NCBI GenBank assembly: GCA_023430365.1
Contig: JAEZAS010000509.1
Location: 1 to 62,486, forward strand
DNA length: 62,486 nucleotides
Direction: 5' to 3'
Source of the DNA: Planctomycetota bacterium
GTDB lineage: Bacteria > Planctomycetota > Planctomycetia > Pirellulales > Pirellulaceae
Below the pieces are notes generated by a model, which worked only from the letters and a program-made list of their open reading frames with translations, did no database searches and was not told the DNA's origin. The translations under genes were made by a program, and so were the position numbers. Numbering within the stretch: position 1 is the stretch's first letter; every line of letters begins with the position of its first letter. Below, piece after piece: positions 48,112 to 56,364 of the stretch.

Positions 48112-48905
48112 AAACGCTTTTAGCTTGGACGGGCTTTTGCCTGGCACTTGGTCTTTTCGTAGCGTGCGCGAACGCGGCAGACGCAACGTCTGCGTTTCAG
48201 CCGGTGACCTGCGAGGGAACCTATCGGCATCACCTGCAGGGAGTCTGCACGGACGAAAAAGAGGCCATCTTCTGGTCGTTCACGACCCAACTGGTGAAAA
48301 CCGATCGCCAGGGGAAGGTGCTGCGGAAAATCGAAGTCGGCAATCATCACGGCGACCTTTGCTATCGCGATGGCAAGGTCTACGTCGCGGTGAATTTCGG
48401 CAAGTTCAACGACGCCCAGGGGAATGCGAACTCGTGGATCTATGTCTACGACGCCGCAAGCCTTGACCTGGTCGCGAAGCACGAAGTGCAGCAGGTGGCG
48501 CATGGCGCGGGAGGCATCGCCTGGCATGACGGGCGATTTCTCGTCGTCGGTGGCTTGCCCGTCGGAGCGGAAGCGAACCTGGTGTATGAATTCGACGACA
48601 AGTTCACGCTCGTGAAGGAGCACAAACTGGCCGGAGGCTTTACCCTGATGGGCATTCAGACCGCCGCGTTTGCAGATGGACGCTGGTGGTTCGGTTGCTA
48701 CGGTAAGCCGGAAAGCTTGCTGATTGCGGACGCAGATATTGGAAAAGTCGAGCGGTACGAGTTTAGTTGCTCGCTCGGGATCGTGCCGCTGGGGGGCGGA
48801 AAGTTCCTGATCGGTCGCGACCGAAAGACTGCCGATATGCAGCACATCGGCAGCCTGGTGCTCGCCGAAGCCGATCCGCAGCAGGGTATGCGACTGGTGA
48901 AATAG
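48108..48905 (+). CDS. Secreted hypothetical protein, translationally coupled to the metallophosphoesterase
   Basis: ATGA overlap at 48108..48111; signal peptide MKTLLAWTGFCLALGLFVACANA; beta-rich with four Cys. Confidence 0.55.
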   Translation: MKTLLAWTGFCLALGLFVACANAADATSAFQPVTCEGTYRHHLQGVCTDEKEAIFWSFTTQLVKTDRQGKVLRKIEVGNHHGDLCYRDGKVYVAVNFGKFNDAQGNANSWIYVYDAASLDLVAKHEVQQVAHGAGGIAWHDGRFLVVGGLPVGAEANLVYEFDDKFTLVKEHKLAGGFTLMGIQTAAFADGRWWFGCYGKPESLLIADADIGKVERYEFSCSLGIVPLGGGKFLIGRDRKTADMQHIGSLVLAEADPQQGMRLVK

Positions 48906-48955
48906 GCTGGCGATGGACAAAGCGCCGGCTGGGGGCCCGTTCAAGGAGTGTCGCC

Positions 48956-49471
48956 ATGTCAGCGCCGGAAAGCGTCCCGCCGATCGATCCCGGCGTTTGC
49001 ATAGGCCACGTTCACTTGAAGGTGGCCGACCTCGAGCGATCGCTACGGTTCTATTGCGGCGTGCTGGGGTTCGAGCTCACGCAGCGCTACGGCAGCCAGG
49101 CGGCGTTCATCTCGGCAGGGGGTTACCACCATCACCTGGGGCTCAACACCTGGGAAAGCCGAGGAGGCTCGCCGCCGGCGCGAGGCACGACTGGGCTGTA
49201 CCACGTCGCCATTCTGTATCCAACGCGACGCAGCCTGGCCGATGCGCTCCAGCGGCTGGTCACGGCAGGCATTCCGCTCGATGGCGCGAGCGATCACGGC
49301 GTGAGCGAAGCCTTATACCTGCGCGATCCCGACGAGAACGGGCTTGAACTCTACTGGGATCGCCCGCGCGACGTATGGCCGCGAACGGCGGATGGGCAGA
49401 TCGAGATGTACACGCATCGACTCGACCTGCAAGGTCTGCTCGGCGAACTTCAATCGCCGGCGGGCGAGTGA
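48956..49471 (+). CDS. VOC-family (glyoxalase/bleomycin-resistance/extradiol dioxygenase) protein
   Basis: AAGGAG RBS; IGHVHLKVADLERSLRFYCGVLGFEL ... HHHLGLNTWES ... YLRDPDENGLELY. Confidence 0.75.
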   Translation: MSAPESVPPIDPGVCIGHVHLKVADLERSLRFYCGVLGFELTQRYGSQAAFISAGGYHHHLGLNTWESRGGSPPARGTTGLYHVAILYPTRRSLADALQRLVTAGIPLDGASDHGVSEALYLRDPDENGLELYWDRPRDVWPRTADGQIEMYTHRLDLQGLLGELQSPAGE

Positions 49472-49494
49472 GCGGCTGAATAAATCGCGAGCGA

Positions 49495-50151
49495 CTACCA
49501 ACCGTCGCGATAGCGCTGCTCGCGCCACGGATCACCCAACATGTGATAGCCCCCTTGCTCCCAGTAGCCGGGACGATCCTCGGATGTGAGCTCGATCGCC
49601 GCGACCCACTTCGCGCTCTTCCAGGCGTAAAGCCGCGGGACCATGCCGCGGACCGGGCCGCCGTGGTCGGCAGAGATCGGTTGGCCGTCGTGCGTGTCGG
49701 CCAGAAGGGCGTCTTCGGCGACGAACTCGCCCAGCGGCAAGTTGGTCGTCCAGCCACGGTCGTAGGCATGGCAGACGACGAACCTGGCCTCCGGCAGCAC
49801 ACCCGCTCGCTCGAGCAACACGCGGGTGGAAACGCCCTCCCACAGATTGCCCAGCCGAGACCAGGCAGTCACGCAGTGGAAGTCGGCAAACACCTTCACC
49901 CGCGGCAGGGCTTGGAACTCGGCGAGCGTCAGCACATACGGCCGCTCGACGAGGCCAAAGACGCGAAGCTGCCAGAGGTCGAGCGGAATCTGAGGAGTGC
50001 CGAAGGCGTCGAGCACCGGCCATTTGCGGGTGCGCGATTGGCCGGGCGGGATGCGGTTGCTGCGACGCGTATCGGGACTGACGATCACATCCTCCGGCAA
50101 CGCATCGGGGGTCGATGGCTCGCCGGTTTGATACTTCGGATCACTCAGCAT
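49495..50151 (-). CDS. Sulfite-oxidase-fold molybdopterin oxidoreductase (soluble, YedY/MsrP-like catalytic domain)
   Basis: Moco-domain pattern WQLRVFGLVERPYVLTLAEFQALP ... HCVTAWSRLGNLWEGVSTRVLL ... ADHGGPVRGMVPRLYAWKSAKWV. Starts at MLSDPKY; no signal peptide. Its start overlaps the stop of the PafA-like gene. Confidence 0.7.
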   Translation of the reverse strand: MLSDPKYQTGEPSTPDALPEDVIVSPDTRRSNRIPPGQSRTRKWPVLDAFGTPQIPLDLWQLRVFGLVERPYVLTLAEFQALPRVKVFADFHCVTAWSRLGNLWEGVSTRVLLERAGVLPEARFVVCHAYDRGWTTNLPLGEFVAEDALLADTHDGQPISADHGGPVRGMVPRLYAWKSAKWVAAIELTSEDRPGYWEQGGYHMLGDPWREQRYRDGW

Positions 50152-51910
50152 CTTCTTCCTGAGCCTCGGCTGCCGAGGAGTGGGCTTTGCCCGTGACGAT
50201 GCGTCGATAGTCGCGGAGGCGGATCGTCTTGGCCTTTCGACCCTGGCCGATGAAGACACATTTCCAGTTGGCGGCCACCGGTTCGTCGCCGCAGGCGAAC
50301 TCGCGAATGTAGCGGCCGCGGGCGGAGGCGGGAGTGCCGACCGGCGGGTTGCGACGGGCCAGTTCGATCTCGCTCGGCTCCAGAATCTGTTCCGTTACGC
50401 CGGCCGCGTTCAATTGTTGGAAGTAGCCCTGCGGCGAGAGCTCGTGATAGCGGAGGTCGATCTTCTTCTGGGCTTCCCAGCGGGCATCGCTGCCAGCCGA
50501 CTGGAGCACGAACCGCTTCGTCACCCAGTCGAGCGAACCAACGAGCGAATCGGGATCGTCCTGCAAGGCGTCGAGCGTCGCTTCCCAGCGTCGCACCAGC
50601 TCGCGGGCTTCGCGCGGGGCTTCAGGGCGACGGTCGAGAAACCGCCGACAGGCTTCCAGGTAGAACCGTTGCAACTCCAGGGCGCTCGCGTCCTGGCCAC
50701 CCGCCAGAGCTACGCGGGCACTCAGCGAGGGATCGGCGCAGATCGCTCGCAGCGCTCGCAGCGGCCGGCGGATTCGCGGCGGGCGGGGCATTTCCCCCGC
50801 TTCGATGCAGTCGATCACCAGCAGCGTCGTGCCGATGCGCAGGTACTCGGCTGGCTCCGCGAGATTGGAGTCCCCCAAGGCGATCTGCAACCGGTGCGTG
50901 CCGGCAAAGAGCCGCAAGTACTCGCGCGGCGCCATCCAGGCGTCGGCATAGACGGTCTTGAAGAAATGGCCGAACGTGAAGATCGGTCGGTCGCCGAGCA
51001 AACCGCCGTAGCCGGTCAGGCAGTTCATCGCCGGCGCCGTATCGGCGAGGTGGAACCGGCCGGCGTCGTCGAGCATGCCGCTGCCGCAGAGGATCGAGCG
51101 GCTCACAAGGAACGGCAAAATCTCTCGCCGCACGCGCGTGAACGCCGTTCCCCAGAGCAGCAAGTAGAACGCAGCCGCCAGCGGACCGGTCAGCACGCGG
51201 GTGATCGCCGAGAGCCAGGCCTCCAACCAGGCTGGCCCGGTCGGCGCCGCGTGGCCAAGTTGGTCGAACTCGCAGCCGAACAAAAACCGAGCCAGCGCAT
51301 CGGGCCGGCGGGTGAAGCGTTCACCCACCAGATAGACGAGGGAGGCAGCGATCGTGTAGAGGACGATCAGCAGGGCGAGCATCCAGAGCAGCGCCCAACT
51401 GACGAGGACCAGCGGCATCATCAGCACGAGGCCCACGCGCCAGGCCGCCAGCCGCCAACCCGTGGCAAAGGTCGCCTCGTAGTTCTCCTGAGCGCCGTAG
51501 ACATTGCCGCGGGCGTCGCGGTCGTTCTTGAGCAGACGGACCTGTCGGCCGAAGGCCCGATGGGCGGCCTCGGCGAGCAGTTCGTCCTGGGCCCGCTGCC
51601 AGGTGAGCAATTGTCGCGGACTGCGACACTCGGGCGTGGCGCCTTCGACCAGACCGCCGCCGGCCGCGGGGCGTTCGGTCTCGAACCAAACAGCACCGCC
51701 CGACGCATGAAAGACCCCTTCTTTCATATGCCGGGCGTCGACGACGGGAGTGATGCAGCGGAGCGCTGTCACCAGTTCCCGAAAGAGTTGGTAGCGACCG
51801 CCGGACCGCTTCACGGCGCCGGCGGGCAATTGCAAGGCGTATTCGGTCTCGAGGCCGATCAGCCGTTCGAAGACCTCGCCGCTAGGGACAGTGCCACTAC
51901 TACTCGCCAC
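50141..51910 (-). CDS. Pup-ligase family protein (PafA/Dop homolog) with a ~130-aa transmembrane insertion
   Basis: Recognised by eye, not searched: RLIGLETEYA, GGAVWFETERP..GATPEC, NDRDARGNVYGAQENY and ILPFLVSRSILCGSGML, which resemble the Pup-ligase motifs as I recall them. A hydrophobic multi-helix insert (WRLAAWRVGLVLMMPLVLVSWALLWMLALLIVLYTIAASLVYLV ... LTGPLAAAFYLLLWGTAF) lies between the ENY and LPFLV motifs. Start probably the GTG at ~51910 overlapping the stop of the Pup-like ORF; the track ORF extends to 52018. Confidence 0.7.
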   Translation of the reverse strand: MASSSGTVPSGEVFERLIGLETEYALQLPAGAVKRSGGRYQLFRELVTALRCITPVVDARHMKEGVFHASGGAVWFETERPAAGGGLVEGATPECRSPRQLLTWQRAQDELLAEAAHRAFGRQVRLLKNDRDARGNVYGAQENYEATFATGWRLAAWRVGLVLMMPLVLVSWALLWMLALLIVLYTIAASLVYLVGERFTRRPDALARFLFGCEFDQLGHAAPTGPAWLEAWLSAITRVLTGPLAAAFYLLLWGTAFTRVRREILPFLVSRSILCGSGMLDDAGRFHLADTAPAMNCLTGYGGLLGDRPIFTFGHFFKTVYADAWMAPREYLRLFAGTHRLQIALGDSNLAEPAEYLRIGTTLLVIDCIEAGEMPRPPRIRRPLRALRAICADPSLSARVALAGGQDASALELQRFYLEACRRFLDRRPEAPREARELVRRWEATLDALQDDPDSLVGSLDWVTKRFVLQSAGSDARWEAQKKIDLRYHELSPQGYFQQLNAAGVTEQILEPSEIELARRNPPVGTPASARGRYIREFACGDEPVAANWKCVFIGQGRKAKTIRLRDYRRIVTGKAHSSAAEAQEEDAE

Positions 51911-52067
51911 CGTAAGGGACTTCCGTCTCGCGGAGATAAGCCTCCGGAGCAGCCTTCGCGTCGACGGCGATTGCCGACAGCACCTGGTCAAGCGACGGGG
52001 CTTCCGGCCGGGCGACAACCGGCGTGGCGGCTTCCGGGGCTGTGGGAGTTTTCAGGTTCGTGGGCAT
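51900..52067 (-). CDS. Pup-like small protein (C-terminal GGE)
   Basis: 55 aa from the ATG at 52067 (AAGGTG 8 nt upstream): MPTNLKTPTAPEAATPVVARPEAPSLDQVLSAIAVDAKAAPEAYLRETEVPYGGE. Low complexity, C-terminal GGE, directly upstream of and overlapping the PafA-like gene. Confidence 0.45.
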   Translation of the reverse strand: MPTNLKTPTAPEAATPVVARPEAPSLDQVLSAIAVDAKAAPEAYLRETEVPYGGE

Positions 52068-52284
52068 GGGCAGACACCTTGCGCCAGAGGAATCAAGTGA
52101 AAGGCTTTCGCCGCCCCTCATGGGCCGGCACATTCATCCTAATCAGGCCCCGGAGCAGCGGCAAGCGCAGGCAGCGCCCGCGCTCGGTTCCGACCGCGTT
52201 TTGCCGGGCAAATATCCGGCCAAAGTCGCAGCCGGTGGCATAACGATGTTTGCACCGGGACGCCTATTCACCCGGCGCCCAACC

Positions 52285-52325
52285 TAGTAGGCCGGGTGGC
52301 ATGCCGTCGCGGTACTCCGCGTCGG
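52285..52325. repeat. REP palindrome (5' flank of RAYT)
   Basis: GGGTGGCATGCCGTCGCGGTACTCCGCGTCGGCATGG; imperfect palindrome CATGCCGTCGCG-GTACTC-CGCGTCGGCATG. Confidence 0.7.
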
Positions 52326-52434
52326 CATGGAGCCGGGCTCGCGTGCTACCCGACTCGCCGTCCGGCGTCGTTAGGGGACCGCCCTGGTCACTGCTGCGTG
52401 ACATATTTGCGCCAGTGAAGTAACAATTGCCAGA

Positions 52435-53028
52435 ATGAACGATGGCATCCCCAGGCGGACGAAGCACAAGACTTGTCGGCGGTTCAATGAGCCGGGACAT
52501 GCTCATGCTCTGACGTTCTCCTGCTTTCAAGGACGGCCGTTCCTAAGTAAAGATCGAACGCGGCAGTGGTTCGTGAATTCACTGGACGCGGCACGTAGGC
52601 GACTGGCTTTTGACGTGTGGGCCTATGTCATCATGCCGAATCATTGCCACGTGTTGGTTTGGCCTCGAAGTCCGATCTATTCGATCAGCGAGATCCTGAC
52701 GTCGATTAAGTTGCCCGTCGCTCGTCGCGCGGTGGCTTGGGTGAAACAAAACTCACCCGACAACCTCCAACTCATGCGGGACAACCAGCCGAGCGGCGCC
52801 GCGGTCCATCGATTCTGGCAGCGCGGGGGCGGGTTCGACCAAAACCTGGTCGAGGAGAAGTTGATTTACGCGACGATCGACTACCTTCATTTGAATCCGG
52901 TTCGGCGTGGACTGGTCGAGCGTGCGGAAGACTGGAAATGGTCCTCGGCTGGGTACTTCGCGGGAGCGGCCGATGTTCCTTTGAAACCGGATTCGGGTTC
53001 GCTGCCCACGCCGGTGGATGAAACTTGA
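52435..53028 (+). CDS. REP-associated tyrosine transposase (RAYT; IS200/IS605-like Y1 transposase)
   Basis: HuH motif VIMPNHCHVLVWP, catalytic Tyr region YATIDYLHLNPVRRGLV, N-terminal GHAHALTFSCFQGRPFL; flanked by inverted REP copies. Confidence 0.8.
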   Translation: MNDGIPRRTKHKTCRRFNEPGHAHALTFSCFQGRPFLSKDRTRQWFVNSLDAARRRLAFDVWAYVIMPNHCHVLVWPRSPIYSISEILTSIKLPVARRAVAWVKQNSPDNLQLMRDNQPSGAAVHRFWQRGGGFDQNLVEEKLIYATIDYLHLNPVRRGLVERAEDWKWSSAGYFAGAADVPLKPDSGSLPTPVDET

Positions 53029-53057
53029 CACGTTTAGCGTATTACGACTGGTGACCG

Positions 53058-53100
53058 AATTGCATGCCGACGCGGAGTACCGCGACGGCATGCCACCCGA
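53058..53100. repeat. REP palindrome (3' flank of RAYT, inverted relative to the 5' copy)
   Basis: Reverse complement reads GGTCGGGTGGCATGCCGTCGCGGTACTCCGCGTCGGCATGCAATTC, identical over 36 nt to the upstream copy. Confidence 0.7.
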
Positions 53101-53195
53101 CCAAGGTCCGACGCTCGGTAGCACGCCGTGGGCTCACGCCCACGGCTAATCAATGCCGCCGCTGCGCGGCTTTCCTCTTGCCCTTGGGTGGCGCA

Positions 53196-53678
53196 TCAAT
53201 GCTTGGGCACGCTGATCTCGACGCCGTACTTGGGTGCGATCGCGAGTAGCTTTTCGATCTCTTCCTTCGTCGGCGGCCCTGCCGTTTCGCCGGGGGCTAG
53301 GATTCGGCCTGCTTCGAAGAACATTTGTTCGAAGCCGGCTGGGGCGCAGGAGATGATCATGCGGGCGGGCTTGGCGGTGGCGTTGCGGAAGCTGTGCAGG
53401 CTGCCGAGGGGCATGCTCGCGAACGTGCCGGGGCCCGCCGAAAAGGTTTCGCCTTCGACCGTGAATGTGACCTCCCCTTCGAGGACATAGAACGACTCCT
53501 CCTCGCGGCTGTGGGTGTGCGGAGGAGGTCCGCCGCCGGGCGGGACCAGGGCGTCCCACATGGCGTAGCGGCCGCCGGTTTCTTTGCCGGTGACGAGGAT
53601 GCGATAGGTGTCGCCGACGATGGCGATGACCGGGCCTTCGCCGCCGTGACGGATTGTGGCGGGGTAAGGGAGGGGCAT
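53196..53678 (-). CDS. Cupin-domain protein
   Basis: Start at MPLPYPA. Cupin motifs GGRYAMWDALVPPGGGPPPHTHSREEESFYVLEGEV ... PLGSLHSFRN. Confidence 0.7.
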   Translation of the reverse strand: MPLPYPATIRHGGEGPVIAIVGDTYRILVTGKETGGRYAMWDALVPPGGGPPPHTHSREEESFYVLEGEVTFTVEGETFSAGPGTFASMPLGSLHSFRNATAKPARMIISCAPAGFEQMFFEAGRILAPGETAGPPTKEEIEKLLAIAPKYGVEISVPKH

Positions 53679-53735
53679 GGGGGTTTTCCAGGGATATGAG
53701 GCGTGGCGGTCTGGATTAGGTCGCGGGGATTTGGA

Positions 53736-53843
53736 AATGACGAATGACGAAGTCCGAATGACCAATGGATTTGGGCAGGGAGGGTTGGTCCGTTTGTCAG
53801 GTGGCGCTTTTTACGGGCAGGCTGGAAGCCTACCCTACGGTGG
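53736..53843. repeat. Composite repeat b plus f, copy 3 (mirror orientation of 18877..18990)
   Basis: AAATGACGAATGACGAAGTCCGAATGACCAATGGA ... GGGCAGGCTGGAAGCCTACCCTACGG. Confidence 0.6.
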
Positions 53844-53934
53844 TGTTTGACGAACTCGAGCCGGCACGATACAATACTCAATAGTTTTTAACGACAATAG
53901 GGCTGCGAGGACAAGCTGGGTTTGGCGTCAGGGC

Positions 53935-54130
53935 GAAGAATCGCTTGCCACTTACGGCGACCGTCGCTCGCGGAGGTGTTGATAAACCCGGGAGGTTTAT
54001 CAACTAGTTGGGGGCCCCTGGGGGGCCGGTTTGTGTTGCAAAACCGGTGGAGTAAATCAACAGGCAGCTCGCGGGTCGTTGATGTAAGTCGTCAAGCGCG
54101 GGGCGGGCCCGCGTCACCCTGGGCCTCTCC
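53935..54130. repeat. MITE-like repeat with the GTTGATAAACC-N6-GGTTTATCAAC palindrome, copy 2 (inverted relative to copy 1)
   Basis: Palindrome 53978..54004, GGGGCCCCTGGGGGG, TAAATCAAC/GTTGATGTAAG half-sites, CGCGAGCG...CGTAAGT modules shared with 1095..1300. Confidence 0.55.
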
Positions 54131-54350
54131 TGGAGGGGAAGGGGGAGGGGACTTCGGCATTACGTTTTCGACATGGAAGGGACTTGCTGCTTGTTTTCCG
54201 GCGGATGTGATCCGCCGGCTGTGGTAGTACGAGGGGACGAGGGGCGGCTGGGCTTCGCTAAGCGCTCGCGTTGACCCATTTTGCCGCGAAGGGGTATACT
54301 TCGGCTCGCAATTTCCGCACATTTCTGCTGCACGGAAGGAAACTGGTTTC

Positions 54351-55316
54351 ATGTCGACTGCCGCTCTCCCTGCTGGGGTAAAGAAGGACATCACGCAGTG
54401 CGTGGGAAACACGCCGCTCATCCATGTGCGCCGGATCACCGAAGGCTGTGTCGGAACGGTGCTCGCGAAGATGGAAAACTTCAACCCGCTGTGGAGCGTC
54501 AAGGACCGCATCGCCCGGGCGATGGTCGACGCTGCCGAGCGCGAAGGCAAGATCAAGCCAGGCGTCACGATCATTGAACCAACGAGCGGCAACACGGGCA
54601 TCGGCCTGGCCTACGTTTGTGCGGCCCGCGGCTACAAGTTGAAGGTGACGATGCCCGAGAGCATGACGCTCGAACGTCGCCGCCTGCTCAAGGCCCTGGG
54701 GGCCGAGATCGTGCTCACCCCGGCCGCCGAAGGCATGCCGGGCGCCGTCCGCCGGGCCGAAGCGATCATCGCCGAAGCGCCCGACAAGTACTACATGCCC
54801 CAGCAGTTCAACAACCCAGCCAATCCCGAAATCCACCGCAAGACGACGGCCGAAGAGATCTGGCGCGACACGGAAGGCAAGGTCGACATCCTGATCTCGG
54901 GTGTTGGCACGGGCGGAACGATCACGGGCGTTGCCGAAGTGCTCAAGCAGCGCAAACCGACGTTCCAGGCCATCGCTGTGGAACCGGTCAACAGCCCAGT
55001 GATCACGCAGAAGCGGGCTGGCCAAGAGTTGAAGCCGGGCCGGCACACGATTCAAGGCATCGGCGCCGGTTTCATTCCGCAGAACCTGAACCTGGACATC
55101 ATCGACGACGTGGTGCAGGTGAAGGACGAGGACGCCGCGGAGACGGCCCGCCAGATGGCCACCAAGGAAGGCCTGTTCGGCGGCATCAGCTGCGGCGCCG
55201 CGATGTGGGCTGGCATCGAAGTGGCGAAGCGTCCCGAGAACAAGGGGAAAGTGATCGTCGTGATCTGCCCGGACCTCGGCGAGCGTTATCTGTCGACGCA
55301 GCTCTATCCGGAATAA
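54351..55316 (+). CDS. cysK: Cysteine synthase A (O-acetylserine sulfhydrylase)
   Basis: [18 protein letters not shown] (PLP-lysine), [25 protein letters not shown]: full-length CysK. Confidence 0.9.
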   Translation: MSTAALPAGVKKDITQCVGNTPLIHVRRITEGCVGTVLAKMENFNPLWSVKDRIARAMVDAAEREGKIKPGVTIIEPTSGNTGIGLAYVCAARGYKLKVTMPESMTLERRRLLKALGAEIVLTPAAEGMPGAVRRAEAIIAEAPDKYYMPQQFNNPANPEIHRKTTAEEIWRDTEGKVDILISGVGTGGTITGVAEVLKQRKPTFQAIAVEPVNSPVITQKRAGQELKPGRHTIQGIGAGFIPQNLNLDIIDDVVQVKDEDAAETARQMATKEGLFGGISCGAAMWAGIEVAKRPENKGKVIVVICPDLGERYLSTQLYPE

Positions 55317-55329
55317 CGCCCGGGCGGTT

Positions 55330-55495
55330 ATCAGTTTTCAGTAGTCAGTTTTCAGTTCTTAGTAGACAGTAGACAGTTCACAGTTGGTCGATTGAACTTT
55401 CTGGCCGCTCGCGGTTGTTTCTGGCCGTGGGCGGTTTTTTGTGCGCGAGGGCAAGCTCGTCTTACTGAGAACTGACTACTGACAGCTGAAAACTC
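55330..55495. repeat. TCAGTTTTCAGT-type arrays forming a long inverted repeat around an internal T-run (family e)
   Basis: Left arm CAGTTTTCAGTAGTCAGTTTTCAGTTCTTAGTAGACAGTAGACAGTTCACAGTTGG; right arm CTGAGAACTGACTACTGACAGCTGAAAACTC (reverse complement of a related array); GGCCGTGGGCGGTTTTTT between. Confidence 0.5.
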
Positions 55496-55501
55496 GCTCC
55501 C

Positions 55502-56296
55502 ATGCGCAACCGCTCCTCAACCACGACTTGTTCTGCCGCTGCCTTGCAGGCGGCGTTGCGGCGGATTGCTCGGCCGAAGGTCGCGAAAACGTCGGCCTGG
55601 TTCTTCAAGACGGGGCCGGGCGAGTATGGCGAGGGAGACCAGTTCATTGGCGTGAAGGTGCCCGAGGTTCGTCGCGTGGCGCGGGACTTTCGGGCGTTGC
55701 CGCTTGCAGAAATTGGTCAGCTCTTGGAGTCGCCGATTCACGAGGACCGACTGGCGGGCCTGGTGGTGCTGGTCCATCAGTTCGAGCGCGCGGACGAAGC
55801 GGGACAGAAGCGGATTTTTGACTTCTACCTGGCGAGCACTAGGCGGATCAACAATTGGGACCTGGTCGACGTCTCGGCGCCGCAGATCGCCGGCGGCTGG
55901 CTGGCGGAGCGGAGTCGCAAACCGCTGCTGAAGCTCGCCAAGTCGGCGAGTCTGTGGGAGCGGCGGACCGCGATCGTCGCCACGCTGCACTTCATCCGCC
56001 GCGGTGACTTCGGCGAGACATTGACGATCGCCGAGATGCTGCTTGGTGACCGGCATGACCTGATCCATAAGGCAACCGGCTGGATGCTCCGCGAGGTCGG
56101 CAAGCGCGACGAGGCCGTGCTCGAGGGATTTCTCGATCCGTTCGCCCCGCGAATGCCCCGGACGATGTTGCGCTATGCGATTGAGCGAATGGATGAAGCC
56201 AAACGGATGCGATACCTGTCCGCCGGCAAATGCGAAGCGGTTGCAGCTCGCGAGAAGAAAAAGAAAGAGCCACGAGTGGCGACTCGTGGCTCTTGA
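55502..56296 (+). CDS. DNA alkylation repair enzyme (AlkC/AlkD-like HEAT-repeat glycosylase family)
   Basis: AWFFKTGPGEYGEGDQFIGVKVPEVRRVA ... WDLVDVSAPQIAGGWL ... WERRTAIVATLHFIRRGDF ... ATGWMLREVGKRD, typical of the DNA_alkylation family. Confidence 0.7.
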   Translation: MRNRSSTTTCSAAALQAALRRIARPKVAKTSAWFFKTGPGEYGEGDQFIGVKVPEVRRVARDFRALPLAEIGQLLESPIHEDRLAGLVVLVHQFERADEAGQKRIFDFYLASTRRINNWDLVDVSAPQIAGGWLAERSRKPLLKLAKSASLWERRTAIVATLHFIRRGDFGETLTIAEMLLGDRHDLIHKATGWMLREVGKRDEAVLEGFLDPFAPRMPRTMLRYAIERMDEAKRMRYLSAGKCEAVAAREKKKKEPRVATRGS

Positions 56297-56364
56297 GAGT
56301 TTGGCAGTTATCTGCCGCAACTCAATTGAGCGAGTTGCAGCGAGCCAGCGACTGCAATCGGCTG

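Noticed and set aside
50180-52243. 687-aa plus-strand ORF
   Set aside because: Antisense to the PafA-like ligase; Arg/Gly-rich, no motifs.
52264-53249. ORFs 52264..52530(-) and 53064..53249(+)
   Set aside because: Translations of the REP palindromes flanking the RAYT gene.
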